Notes under the pieces: model-generated
What the model saw: only the letters and a program-made list of their open reading frames with translations
Databases searched by the model: none
What the model was told of the DNA's origin: nothing
Made by a program: the position numbers and the translations under genes
From: a virus
Strand: one strand, 5' to 3'
DNA length: 64,000 nt
IMG/VR virus record: IMGVR_UViG_3300010371_000034
Coordinates: 1-64,000 of that record
Shown: one piece after another, positions 1 through 10,200 of the stretch
Layout of the letters: every line of letters begins with the position of its first letter
How positions within the stretch are numbered: position 1 is the stretch's first letter

Positions 1-1540
1 CCCGTCCTGTCCTGCCGGGCCGGTAGCTCCCATTGATCCGGTCGATCCGGTGGCACCGACCAACCCCCAGCCGTCCTCACCTTCGTCGCCTGGCATGCCG
101 ATGCCGGCCATGCCCCTTGGACCCGTTGGCCCCGTCGCTCCGTATATGCTTGTCCCATCCTCGCCGGCATCCCCTTCTGTCCCGGCAGGACCGGCGGAGC
201 CTTGCGATCCGGCAGGACCAGTGGCACCGGTGGCTCCCGCGCTGCCCGCCGGTCCGGGCCAGCCGATGCCGTCCTCTCCATCAGTACCCTGCGGTCCGAT
301 GCGGCCGGTGGAGCCGGTCGATCCAGTCGGTCCTGCCGTGCCCGTTCCGGTAGCCCCCGTTGCTCCAGGCCACCCGACAGCATCCTCTCCGTCATCCCCG
401 GCCGGTCCCATGTATCCGGTGGCGCCAGAAGCGCCCGTGGGTCCGACCAACCCGGTTGCACCGGTGGCACCAGGCCAGCCTGTGCCGTCTTCGCCATCCT
501 CGCCATCGTATCCGGCGGCTCCGATGCTGCCGGCTAACCCAGTCTGTCCGGTGGCTCCGGTCGTGCCGATGTACCCGATACCATCCTCGCCGTCGTCGCC
601 GGGCTGTCCCATCGCACCGGCCTGGCCCTGCGGACCTGCCAGGCCGGTCGCCCCTTGGTATCCGATCCCATCTTCACCGTCCTGTCCATCGCCGCCCGGT
701 ATGCCTTGGATTCCGACCTGTCCAGTCGCGCCCGTGGGTCCGGCCCAACCATAGCCATCCTCGCCATCTTCTCCAGCAGTGCCGGACAGGCCGGCAGGAC
801 CCTGTGGGCCAGTAGCACCAGTCTCCCCTGGGAATCCGACGCCGTCTTCGCCGTCCTGCCCATCGTCTCCGGGTATGCCAGCTGCGCCCCTCTGGCCGGT
901 TGCCCCTACAGGTCCGGTAGCGCCCTGCCAACCGACGCCATCCTCACCGTCAAGACCGTCCCGGCCAGGTATGCCCTGCAATCCTTGCAGACCGGTCGCG
1001 CCGGTCGCTCCGGGCCATCCGACGCCATCCTCGCCGTCATCGCCGTTGATGCCGTTCGTGCCGGTCAATCCGGTGGCCCCGGTCGACCCCTGCCATCCTA
1101 TCCCGTCCTCGCCCTGCTCTCCGTCTGTCCCCTGCATGCCGGTCGCTCCGGTGGAGCCGGTCGCGCCAGTGGCACCGGGCCAGCCGACAGCATCCTCACC
1201 GTCATCGCCCGGATATCCGACGCCTTGCACTCCCTGCGGCCCCGCCAAGCCAGTCGCGCCCGTGGCTCCCGGCCACCCGACAGCGTCTTCGCCGTCGTCG
1301 CCTGGGAACCCAGCGCCCGCGATGCCTTGAAGTCCCTGCGCCCCTGTCGGACCCGTGGCTCCTGGCCACCCGGCTCCATCTTCGCCGTCGTCTCCTGGGA
1401 ACCCTACTCCCGGCAATCCCTGCGGTCCGCCGAAGCCCGTGGCTCCAGTCCCTCCGATGTAGCTGATGCCATCTTCACCGTCTTCCCCCGTCTCTCCGAC
1501 TGCGCCCTGTGGTCCGTGCGGCCCGGTGGCCCCCATGCCG
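1..1540 (-). repeat. Collagen Gly-X-Y coding repeat with periodic GEDGEDG blocks
   Basis: Recurrent ccatcctcgccgtc / ccggtggc units on the plus strand. Confidence 0.9.
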
Positions 1541-2139
1541 CCGGTCGACTCCGAACCCGTGACCACCGCGAACACCCAGTCGTAGAGGTCGCTGAAGAAC
1601 GCCTTGCGCAGCAGCACTATCGAGCCGATGGTCAGCACCGCGTCGTTGGGGTCGAACATCGGGCAGACAGTCATCGTCCCTGACCTGCCGCCCGGCAGCG
1701 GCACGAACGCTGGTCTGGTGGACTGGATGTTTATAGTGTCGCCGGCGCCTGCCCCGGCCAGCGCTGACACGGTCACCGACGTGAGCGTGAAGAAGTCGTT
1801 GAGCGTGGTGTAGGTGCGCGTGCCGGCGCCGCTGACCAGGTTGACATCTTCCGACAGAGGTCCGCCCAGGCTGTCGGTGCCGACGTACGATATCGTGCCC
1901 GCCGTGATGGACATGTCCTCGTCCACCACCGTCGCCGCCATCGTCGAGCCGTTGGTGAACGAGGTGTTGACCAGCGTCAGAGGACCGTCGGCGATCACGA
2001 CCACGTCGACCACCACCAACGATACCACCGTCTGCTCGGTCCAGCCATAGAACTGGTCGCCATCATATGAGTCGACGCTGGCCCAGAACGGTGGGTCGTA
2101 TACGATGTCGTCGCGGCTCTGGATTATCGGGACGGCCAC
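1..2139 (-). CDS. Collagen-like tail/virion fibre protein (3' end off window)
   Basis: GTG at 2139 after GGAGGG, MAVPIIQSRDDIVYDPPFWASVD...; frame checked at the start and near 1620. Gly-X-Y repeats (GAT, GPQ, GEDGEDG) run from about 1540 to the edge. Absent from the ORF track because there is no stop in the window. Confidence 0.85.
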   Translation of the reverse strand, partial: MAVPIIQSRDDIVYDPPFWASVDSYDGDQFYGWTEQTVVSLVVVDVVVIADGPLTLVNTSFTNGSTMAATVVDEDMSITAGTISYVGTDSLGGPLSEDVNLVSGAGTRTYTTLNDFFTLTSVTVSALAGAGAGDTINIQSTRPAFVPLPGGRSGTMTVCPMFDPNDAVLTIGSIVLLRKAFFSDLYDWVFAVVTGSESTGGMGATGPHGPQGAVGETGEDGEDGISYIGGTGATGFGGPQGLPGVGFPGDDGEDGAGWPGATGPTGAQGLQGIAGAGFPGDDGEDAVGWPGATGATGLAGPQGVQGVGYPGDDGEDAVGWPGATGATGSTGATGMQGTDGEQGEDGIGWQGSTGATGLTGTNGINGDDGEDGVGWPGATGATGLQGLQGIPGRDGLDGEDGVGWQGATGPVGATGQRGAAGIPGDDGQDGEDGVGFPGETGATGPQGPAGLSGTAGEDGEDGYGWAGPTGATGQVGIQGIPGGDGQDGEDGIGYQGATGLAGPQGQAGAMGQPGDDGEDGIGYIGTTGATGQTGLAGSIGAAGYDGEDGEDGTGWPGATGATGLVGPTGASGATGYMGPAGDDGEDAVGWPGATGATGTGTAGPTGSTGSTGRIGPQGTDGEDGIGWPGPAGSAGATGATGPAGSQGSAGPAGTEGDAGEDGTSIYGATGPTGPRGMAGIGMPGDEGEDGWGLVGATGSTGSMGATGPAGQDG

Positions 2140-3359
2140 AGCGAACCCTCCACGAACGGGTCGGTCAGCCAGTCCAGTTGCTCACGCGGCCTGTCGGCGT
2201 TGAACCCGTCGCCCCATAGGGTAGACAGCATGTCGAAGTATTCCTCGTACATCGCTCCGACTCGCTCCAGCGAGTACAGCCGCCTGGCTCTGGTATTGAT
2301 GATCATCCTATCCAACCTGTCGGCGTTCTTGAGCGCCCAGACGAACTGCTCCATAGTCCTGCATCGGTAGCCGCTGACCCCGTGCTCCACCGTCTCGGTG
2401 AACGCGCCCCAGTCGGTAGATATCACTGGCGTGCCGCACAGCTGGGCCTCGACTCCCACGCCACCGAACGGCTCCAGGTACTGCGTTGGGCAGATGAACG
2501 ACTGCGCGTTGCCCATCAGGTCGGCTCGCTTCTTGGGGTCCGCGTATCCAACGAAGCCGACGTGCTTGGCGTTCAGCCGCATCCCATCAACCTGCAACAC
2601 GCCGTCCTTCAGTATGTGCGCCTCGCCCTGCCCGGCGACGATCAGCTTGATTCCTGCTCTGCGTGTGGCCTCGACCGCCAGCGCCAGGCCCTTGCGCTGA
2701 ATCAGCCTGCCAAGGAACAGGCAGTATGGATCGTTAGTGCGATTCCATGTAGGCATACCTGCTGGTATTCGAACAAATGGGAAGTCGTCTACGTCGAAAT
2801 AGTTGGGTATCACCGCGTCGAACGTCCTGCCGTCGACCGTCGAGCCGTCCCGCCACTGGCAGTAGACCGCGTGCATGTGGGCGTAGCTCTCGTAGACGCA
2901 GTGCGGCGCGAACGTGCCGTAGTAGCCGACGCCGAACTCCACCGCCGTGGTCAACTTGGGACCGTAGTGCCTGCCCTGCCGGAAGTGGTCGGCTATCGGC
3001 TTCTGCGAGCCGGCGATCAGGCACAGGAAGTCCCCCTTCTTAAGCTCGCGCTCCATCACCTCGACCGTCCGCCGCTTCTGCACCTGCCAGTACTCGGCTT
3101 TGGAGTCCCAGTCGATGGGGTAGACGTTCTTGGTCTCGTCGACGTGCCCGAACCATCGTCGCTGCTCCTCGGCGGTGATCACGTCGAAGTGCTTGTTGGC
3201 TATTACCTCGCTGCCCTCGACGCCGTAGTGCAGCACCTCATGCCCGCGCTTGGACATCATCTTGCAGAACTTGAGCACCTTCTGCTGGTACGCGCAGGCA
3301 CTGTGCTTCTTGGCGGTCGGTATGTGCGGCAATGCCACGACGTGCAACCTGTGCTTCAT
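2124..3359 (-). CDS. Glycosyltransferase, GT-B fold (GT4-like)
   Basis: FLGRLIQRKG and EPFGGVGVEAQLCGTPVISTDWGAFTETVEHG, the EX7E motif. Confidence 0.9.
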   Translation of the reverse strand: MKHRLHVVALPHIPTAKKHSACAYQQKVLKFCKMMSKRGHEVLHYGVEGSEVIANKHFDVITAEEQRRWFGHVDETKNVYPIDWDSKAEYWQVQKRRTVEVMERELKKGDFLCLIAGSQKPIADHFRQGRHYGPKLTTAVEFGVGYYGTFAPHCVYESYAHMHAVYCQWRDGSTVDGRTFDAVIPNYFDVDDFPFVRIPAGMPTWNRTNDPYCLFLGRLIQRKGLALAVEATRRAGIKLIVAGQGEAHILKDGVLQVDGMRLNAKHVGFVGYADPKKRADLMGNAQSFICPTQYLEPFGGVGVEAQLCGTPVISTDWGAFTETVEHGVSGYRCRTMEQFVWALKNADRLDRMIINTRARRLYSLERVGAMYEEYFDMLSTLWGDGFNADRPREQLDWLTDPFVEGSLWPSR

Positions 3360-3721
3360 GCTACTTCTCCCATCGATATGCTTCCGTGGATCAGATAGTT
3401 GACGGCGGAGTCCACCGTGCTGAGACCTGTAAGGAAATCTCCAGATGGCAACGGTAAGCCTCCGTCATAGTCTATTGCCCACGTAGAGTTCGGTTGCACG
3501 TTCTGCCGCACTAATACTTGGGCGGAGCTGGTCTGGATGATGCAAATTGAAGCGGAGTTTGAGATGTTTATCAATTGTATGCTGTCTATCGTTATGCACT
3601 CTACTTTGTATGCAGCCTGTCCCTGCGCATTTACGCCGCCGAATATGGTACCGGGCGCAAGTATTCGTTGACCGAATGCCCTTAGCATGCCAGGACCAGC
3701 CCTGAAAGGCATCGATTCCAT
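3356..3721 (-). CDS. Small beta-rich structural protein, paralog 3
   Basis: FRAGP...GGLPLPSGDFLTG; similar to 3733..4110 and 5436..5813. Confidence 0.7.
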   Translation of the reverse strand: MESMPFRAGPGMLRAFGQRILAPGTIFGGVNAQGQAAYKVECITIDSIQLINISNSASICIIQTSSAQVLVRQNVQPNSTWAIDYDGGLPLPSGDFLTGLSTVDSAVNYLIHGSISMGEVA

Positions 3722-3732
3722 TTTCAAGACTC

Positions 3733-4110
3733 CTACGTGCCGATGCCTACCTCGCCGTTGATGATTATGTCAAGCGCGTTGTTGACGTTGGCCGATCCAG
3801 TTATGAAATCGGCAGTTGACAGTCGCAGGCCACCTGGGTAGTTGAGCGTTGTCAAGCCGTTTACAGGTACTAAATCAGTTTTGGCCAACTCTGTGCCGGC
3901 CAGGCTGCCGCCAGATGCCCCCAGATACAATGTGAAGGTACCGCCGGAGCCGCCGCGGTCTACTATAGTGATTTGGTTCACCAGTATGTTCGTGTTGCTC
4001 CAAGGAGACGCCGTGGAGTTTGTGCCACCAGTCGTTATACCCGGATTCAGTATGTTGGTAACGATCGTGGTCAGCAGCAGCGGGCCGGATCGAAACTTTA
4101 CGTTTTGCAT
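3733..4110 (-). CDS. Small beta-rich structural protein, paralog 2
   Basis: MQNVKFRSGPL...YPGGLRLSTADFITG. Confidence 0.75.
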   Translation of the reverse strand: MQNVKFRSGPLLLTTIVTNILNPGITTGGTNSTASPWSNTNILVNQITIVDRGGSGGTFTLYLGASGGSLAGTELAKTDLVPVNGLTTLNYPGGLRLSTADFITGSANVNNALDIIINGEVGIGT

Positions 4111-4118
4111 CGCTCACC

Positions 4119-5402
4119 TCACGTCGCGTACAACTTGTCGGTAGGCTTGACCACCGCCATTGAATCGATTACTTCCTTCTTGGTGATCAATTCGGCCGCG
4201 ATCAGCTGGTCGACCACCTTTGTCACCCCCGCATCGATGCCGCTGGCGTAGTCGTGCAGAGCGATCAACCCGCCTGGTGCCAGGTGGCCCAGAGCGAAGT
4301 GGATGTCGCTGTTGACCGCATCGCCGGAGTGATCGCCGTCGACGAAGATGAAGTCGAAAAGCTGATCGGTCTGGTAATCGCAGCTCCTCGCCACGTGGAA
4401 CTTGACCTTGTCGGGGTATCCGTGCTTCTTGATGTTTACCATGAACTTGGCCAACGTCGACTGCGGCGCGGTGGTCGCCTGCCCGTCGAACGGGTCCACA
4501 CAATCGACCGACTCGGCTCTCGATGATATGTAGATGGTCGAGCGGCCGCAGTAGGAGCCGATCTCCAGCACCTTCTTGCCCTCCGCCAGCCTGGCCAGCG
4601 CGTGACCCTCGGCGCTGGTCAGCCACCCCTCCACGTCGGGATATTCTCCGATTGGCACCGTCGCCCCCCAGCTGACGTCCATCTCCTCGGAGCCCCACTT
4701 GCCCAGGTTCGGATACTCGGCCACTCCGTTGTGGTTGAGCTTGACCCTGCGCGTGCAGGCCACCTTGCCGCCCAGCATCTGTATCGCGCGGGAGAAGAAC
4801 CAGTCCTCCGGTATCATCTCGAACGACCACTTGCCGTCCTTCACCACGCCGCGGTTGGCCGTGGTGAAGTGGCAGATCAGCTGCCCGTCGACGGACGCCT
4901 TGGCCCACGGCCGGTCCAGCCGGCAGACGAAGCATCCGGTGTTGAGCAGCAGCCGCCTGTCCGGGTACCCGCAGTCGGCGGCGGTGAACGTGAACGGCAA
5001 GCGCGAGGCTTCCTTCATCGTTATCCGCCGCTCGATCTTGTAGGGATCGTCGACATGGTCGATCGCCGTCGAGGTCCTGCCGTGGTGGCTTTTGATCGGC
5101 GACAGCGCGCTTACCATGTCCGCTCCGCTGCGGTCTAGCTCCTCAAGCAGGATGTCCAGCCACCCGTCCTGCGCCTCGATGTCGTCGTGCAGCATGGCGA
5201 AGTGGGTGGCCTGCGGGTCATTGAGCGCCGCGAAGTACGGCTCGTCGAACGCCTGCGGCAGGAAAGACGACCTCGACAGCACCCGGATGATCACCCCCGG
5301 CGTCCACAGAGGAGAACCGGGTCGGGCGATGCCGTTCCAGAACGATTTGTGGGCGCCGGGGCAGTTGCCTCCGTACGCCGGGAACGCCGCGTAAATCTTC
5401 AT
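4119..5402 (-). CDS. GT-A-like glycosyltransferase fused to C-terminal class I SAM methyltransferase
   Basis: FAMLHDD, NTGCF, EDWFFSR; then VLEIGSYCGRST, FIFVDGDH, GGLIALHD. Confidence 0.85.
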   Translation of the reverse strand: MKIYAAFPAYGGNCPGAHKSFWNGIARPGSPLWTPGVIIRVLSRSSFLPQAFDEPYFAALNDPQATHFAMLHDDIEAQDGWLDILLEELDRSGADMVSALSPIKSHHGRTSTAIDHVDDPYKIERRITMKEASRLPFTFTAADCGYPDRRLLLNTGCFVCRLDRPWAKASVDGQLICHFTTANRGVVKDGKWSFEMIPEDWFFSRAIQMLGGKVACTRRVKLNHNGVAEYPNLGKWGSEEMDVSWGATVPIGEYPDVEGWLTSAEGHALARLAEGKKVLEIGSYCGRSTIYISSRAESVDCVDPFDGQATTAPQSTLAKFMVNIKKHGYPDKVKFHVARSCDYQTDQLFDFIFVDGDHSGDAVNSDIHFALGHLAPGGLIALHDYASGIDAGVTKVVDQLIAAELITKKEVIDSMAVVKPTDKLYAT

Positions 5403-5435
5403 CTGCCATGCTCCTGTTTTTGGGCGACTGGTTGA

Positions 5436-5813
5436 TTACGTGCCGACGCCGATCTCGCCGTTGATCACGATCGTCAGCGTGGTGTTGGCGTTTGCCAGCC
5501 CGGTCAGGAAGTCCGCGGTGCTCAGCCGCAGACCGCCGGGGTAGTTCAGCGTGTAGACGCCATTGGCCGCCACCGATACATTCTTGGCGATCTCGGTGCC
5601 GGCAGCAGAACCTCCCGTGGCGCCGATGAACAATTGGAACGTGCCGCCGCCGCCAGACTTGTCGCAAATCTCGATCTGGTTGATCAGGACGTACAGGTTG
5701 TTCCACGGAGAGGCGGTGCAGTTGACGCCGCCGGTCGTGGTACCTGGGTTCAGGATGTTGGTCGCCGTGTTGACCATCGCCAACGGGCCGGCGCGGAACT
5801 TGGTATTCTGCAT
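5436..5813 (-). CDS. Small beta-rich structural protein, paralog 1
   Basis: MQNTKFRAGPL...YPGGLRLSTADFLTG; RBS GGAGGAG. Confidence 0.75.
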   Translation of the reverse strand: MQNTKFRAGPLAMVNTATNILNPGTTTGGVNCTASPWNNLYVLINQIEICDKSGGGGTFQLFIGATGGSAAGTEIAKNVSVAANGVYTLNYPGGLRLSTADFLTGLANANTTLTIVINGEIGVGT

Positions 5814-5814
5814 A

Positions 5815-6039
5815 TCACATCTCCTCCACAGAGATCGACAGGTTGTTGTCTTTCCTGACGACCATCGCCTCTAGGTCAACTTCCAAACCGCTTGGAAAGT
5901 TGTAAGTCGCAATCTGATTCGGCCTAAGGCAGTCCTCGCAGACCATCGGCTCGCCCTCAGGGTCGGAGCCGAAGTTGAGTGCGTACCAACCCCCTCGGTT
6001 GGTCGGATCGCTGATGGTAACTTTTTTGATGGTCGCCAT
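5815..6039 (-). CDS. Hypothetical protein (CxxC)
   Basis: 74-aa ORF filling the gap between neighbouring genes. Confidence 0.6.
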   Translation of the reverse strand: MATIKKVTISDPTNRGGWYALNFGSDPEGEPMVCEDCLRPNQIATYNFPSGLEVDLEAMVVRKDNNLSISVEEM

Positions 6040-6045
6040 AGGACC

Positions 6046-6054
6046 ATTGTACCA
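6046..6054 (-). promoter_or_regulatory. Extended -10 promoter, probably leaderless
   Basis: TGGTACAAT 6 nt upstream of the ATG at 6039. Confidence 0.45.
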
Positions 6055-6058
6055 AAAC

Positions 6059-7246
6059 CTAATCGAGAATCTGAAACAAATCGGTCAGATCGGCATAGGG
6101 GTGCGGCGTCAGGAACGGCGGACTGAGCGAGCCGTCCGCGCCCCGCTTCGTCACCACCGGATACCACAGCGCGTTTCCCGACCATGGCATCAAGTTGTGC
6201 CCGCGGAACACCACCGTGTCAGGATCGCGGGGTGGGTCGAACAGGTCGAAGTGCAACACCACGTCGCACTGCTGCTGCGCTATCGCCTCGTTGTTGGAGA
6301 AGCTCGGTATCTGCATGAGGTACGGCGGCAACTGCAAGGGTCGCATCCTGATCTCAGCGAAGTCGTAGCGCAGCGTGCCCATTAAGCAGCCAAACAACCT
6401 GTTGGCCACTATCGAGTCGTTGGTGCCGCCGCCTATCGGCGAGTTCACCGCCATCGACAGTGGATACCCGACCGGGTAGACGTACCCGGTGATCGGGTTG
6501 GTAGCCGCGGTCTGCGAGTACATCAGGTTGAGCGCCTGCCCGTTTGGCGTCGAGTCCTGCGCCACCGCGAACAGGGCAGCCATCGGCACCTCGTACCACG
6601 TCCGCGTGACCTTCTGGTGCGTGATCGCCTGCCCCAGCGCCCCTGGGAATCCGCTGTTTACGCTCGGCGATGGATCATAGACGAACTGCGCGCCCTCCCT
6701 GGTCAGTATCTGCACGTTGGACGCCCACGCTATATCGACGTAGCGCAGCCACTCCTGCTGGTATCCGTTTTCGTCGAGTATATCTTCGTCGGACCGTATG
6801 TAGTACGGCGGGCGCCAGAACTGTATGTTGATCCTCGCCCTGTCGAAGTCCGCCCACGGACCGGTGTTCAGCGGCACCCCCGCGCCCACGCCGCCCTCGG
6901 TGGGAGCGAACGATTCGTTAGGGTCGTACTCGTTCTTCCTTGGCGGTCCCAGTCCTGACACCTCCGTGATGTTCTTCACCCACAGCTGGTTGAAGTACGG
7001 GTGCTGCCAAGGCAGCTTGCGCCGCAGCGTAGACACACCTATCGGCAGCGCCAGAGTCGACTGGTCCTTCCACGAGTAGCCCAGCAGTGACTGCACCGCG
7101 GTCTCCAAGTCCTCCCAGTTTATTTGCATCACTTCTGACCAGGCCACGCCGTCGTGTCCGAGCGACAGGTTGAACTTTCCCTCGAACGCCCAGGGGAACG
7201 ACAACCCGGAGGTAGGCTGCACCTTCAATTCCAGCGGCATCGCCAT
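6059..7246 (-). CDS. Tail tip/distal-tail-type protein
   Basis: Directly follows the tape measure; 395 aa; assigned by position. Confidence 0.6.
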   Translation of the reverse strand: MAMPLELKVQPTSGLSFPWAFEGKFNLSLGHDGVAWSEVMQINWEDLETAVQSLLGYSWKDQSTLALPIGVSTLRRKLPWQHPYFNQLWVKNITEVSGLGPPRKNEYDPNESFAPTEGGVGAGVPLNTGPWADFDRARINIQFWRPPYYIRSDEDILDENGYQQEWLRYVDIAWASNVQILTREGAQFVYDPSPSVNSGFPGALGQAITHQKVTRTWYEVPMAALFAVAQDSTPNGQALNLMYSQTAATNPITGYVYPVGYPLSMAVNSPIGGGTNDSIVANRLFGCLMGTLRYDFAEIRMRPLQLPPYLMQIPSFSNNEAIAQQQCDVVLHFDLFDPPRDPDTVVFRGHNLMPWSGNALWYPVVTKRGADGSLSPPFLTPHPYADLTDLFQILD

Positions 7247-10200
7247 TACTGGAGCCTCTCCCTGAGCCAGTTGAGAAGCGCGTTGCCCCCTGCGCCGCTG
7301 GCAATGCCAGCTCCGAACCCGGCCAGGGCCGGCGGCGGGCCGGGTATCGCGTTTCTGAACGCCTGCGTCAGACCGTCCAAGGTGAATTTATCGAGTATTT
7401 TCTGTATGTTTTGAAGTATCTCCAGCTGCTTGTTGGCTATGCTCGGTAACTCGGCATGCGTCGGCTCGCCCGGCGTGGTGGCTGCCGCCAATTGGAGCGA
7501 TTGCTGGTATTGGTCTATGCTCTGGAAGCTGGCCTCGCGGGCGGCTGCCCCAGAGCCGCTCTTCGCTGCCTCTTTGTCTTTTGGTTTTATCAGCCCCAGC
7601 GACTCAAGGAACGACCGCAATTGCCTGGCGACGTAGCTCAGTGCGCCGGCCACGTTCTTGAGCATCGCTCCCACCACCTTCAGCGGGTTGACCATCTCCA
7701 CCAGCGGCCCGACCATATCCTTCATCAGCCTGCCAACCTCGGACAGCAGGCCGCCGGCCGACTCCTTGAGGTCCGCGAAGATCGAGCCGAACTCCCCGAA
7801 CGCCGACCTGATCGCAGCGAACCCCTCCTTGACCGGCGCCACCATGTAGCCGACCGCTCCGGTTATGATGTCCGACACGAAGCCGACCGCGCTGCCGACA
7901 GCGCCGAGGGCGTCCCCGATGTTCTTGAGCGTGCCGGTGAACAGCTCGCCGCTGCTGCTAACGCCCGTCAAACTCCCGACCACCTGCATGATGGTCTTGG
8001 GTATGATCAGCAGCACGCCGACCGCCTTGCTCAAGCCGTCCCAGAACTTCATAGCGCCCGCGATGTACGAGGCGACGTCGGTGATCATCCTGCCCATAGC
8101 TTCGAGCGACTTCGACAGTCCCTCGGTGCCGCCGACCATCCGGGTGACGATTGACACCACGGTGCCGAGCAAGGAGGCTACCGGCTTGAGCAGTTCCGAC
8201 AGAGTCCTCAGGACGACCACCATCCCCTTGGCGGCATCCGGCACGTACTTGGCCAGCGCATCACCAACCAGCTTCACCATCTCCGTGAATTGCCCGCGAA
8301 TCTGAGGCCCGACCGCTCCGAGCGCGTCGCGGATTATCTTGGAGGCATCGTCGAACGCCCCGCGCAGACCGCCCAGCGCCCCTTGCACGTCCCTGGTGCT
8401 GGGGATGATGTTGGCCAGCACGTCGCCGAACAGCCTGATGCCGTCCCGAACCATGTCCAGCACCGGTATGAACGCCTGGCCGATCACCGCCTGCACGTCG
8501 TCCAGCGCGTAGGACAGCAGCTTGATCTGGACCGGCGACGCCTTGCCCGCGAAGTTGGCCAGCGTCTCCAGCATCCCCTTGAGCGCTCCTGGCATCGCGC
8601 CAAGCTCGCGCACCACCGGACCCAGCAGGTCGCTGACGATCGGCATCCCCTCGATCGAGTCTGCCAGCTTGTCGAAGCCCTTGCTCGCCAAGTTCAGCCC
8701 GGCACCCACCGGCCCCAGCGGCCCCTGCAAGTCCGACAATGAGTCGTTGACTAGGTTGAGTCCGCCCGATATAACCTTGAACGGAATCTTGGCCAGCTGA
8801 CCGCCGACCTTAGCGGCGGCTTGGGCGGCAAGCTCCGCGAGACCTATCGGTCCGCCAGCCGCCTCCATCGCCACGCCCGCGCCCGCTCCGATGCCTGCCT
8901 CCGCCCCGCCGGTCATCGCGGCTCCTGCGACCTCGCCGGCAGCCTGCGGGCCGATCTTGCTTGGCATCGCAGGTGGAACCCGCCCAGGAGCCTGGCCCGC
9001 AGGAGCACGGACTTTAGCAGCCTGGGCGGGTCGTGGTTCACCCGCGGTCACGTTCAGTCCGGCACCAGCTATGCCGCCAGCCACGGCACCCAACGCACCC
9101 TTGATCCCCTGTCCCTTGAGCGCTCCTAACGCGCCGGCTACCAGCTGCGGCAAGTCTACTCCTTTGAGCAACCCAGACATCACGGACTTGATGCCCGCGC
9201 CCAGGCCGCCTTTCTTGATCGATGTCAGCACTTCCTTGATGTCCAGCTTCGGGCGCTCGGCTCGCTGCTGCGGTTCGGGCTGCTTGTGCTTTGCCTCAAC
9301 CGCTTCGCGCAGCTTGGCCTCCTGCTCCCTTATCGCCAGCAATTCCCGCTCCCTGCGGACCGTCTCCTCCATCGCGGCGGGGTCCAGCCTGGCCTGCGCC
9401 TCGGCGACCGCCCGCTGGTGGGCGACCTCGGACTCCTCCCGCGAGAACTCCAGCCGCTTCTTGACCACCTCCGGGTCCAGCAGCAACCGCTGGCGTTCCA
9501 ATTCCGACCGCTGTTTGGCCAGCTCCTTGGTCACCTCCCTCATCACCTCGGCGCGAGCGTCCAGAGCTTCGGCAGGCTTGGCTTGAAGCTTGCGCTCGGC
9601 CTCAAGCGCGTCAGCGTACTTCTGGTGGGCCTCGGCCAGCAGGTTCTCCTGACGCACCCGCTCCTTGATCACGGCCGGGTCGCTCTGGTCTTCGGTCTGT
9701 TGGAGGTTGGTCACCGTGGTCCTGGTGATGTGCTCGACCGACTCGTCCCGCCGGCGCTTGATGCCCGCCTCTGACTGCCTGGCCGCGGCCTGCTCGATCC
9801 GCACGTCCCTTATCTGCCGCTCGATGTCCAGGCGCTTGACCTCGTGCCGCGGGTCGTCAAGCGCCCTCATCTCCAGCAGCTTGTCGCGCTCCTGCTGGAG
9901 GGCGTCCAGCATCTTTTCCTCTGCCGCCAGCCTCATGGCCCGCGGAGAGTTCTGCATGGAATGGGCCAGCTGTCCCTCGATCTCCGACTGCTCGCGCATC
10001 GCGTCGGCGATCTTGTCTTCGATCTCAAGACGCTTGCGGGTTGCGGCCTCGGCCATTGCCGGCGTGGCGCTGCCCTGGTTCTTGAGCGATTGGTTCGCCT
10101 TCTCGATGTCCTGCTGAACCTTCAGCTGGCTGAGCAGCTCGTCGGTTATCTTTTCAAGGTCCTGCCGGCGCTCGACCAGGTCCGGCAGTATGCCCAGATC

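Noticed and set aside
33-1683. Long Pro-rich plus-strand ORFs
   Set aside because: Antisense shadows of the collagen gene, as are most plus-strand ORFs in this GC-rich window.
3356-5813. Diversity-generating retroelement TR/VR pair
   Set aside because: Differences between paralogs are not adenine-specific and no reverse transcriptase is present in the window.
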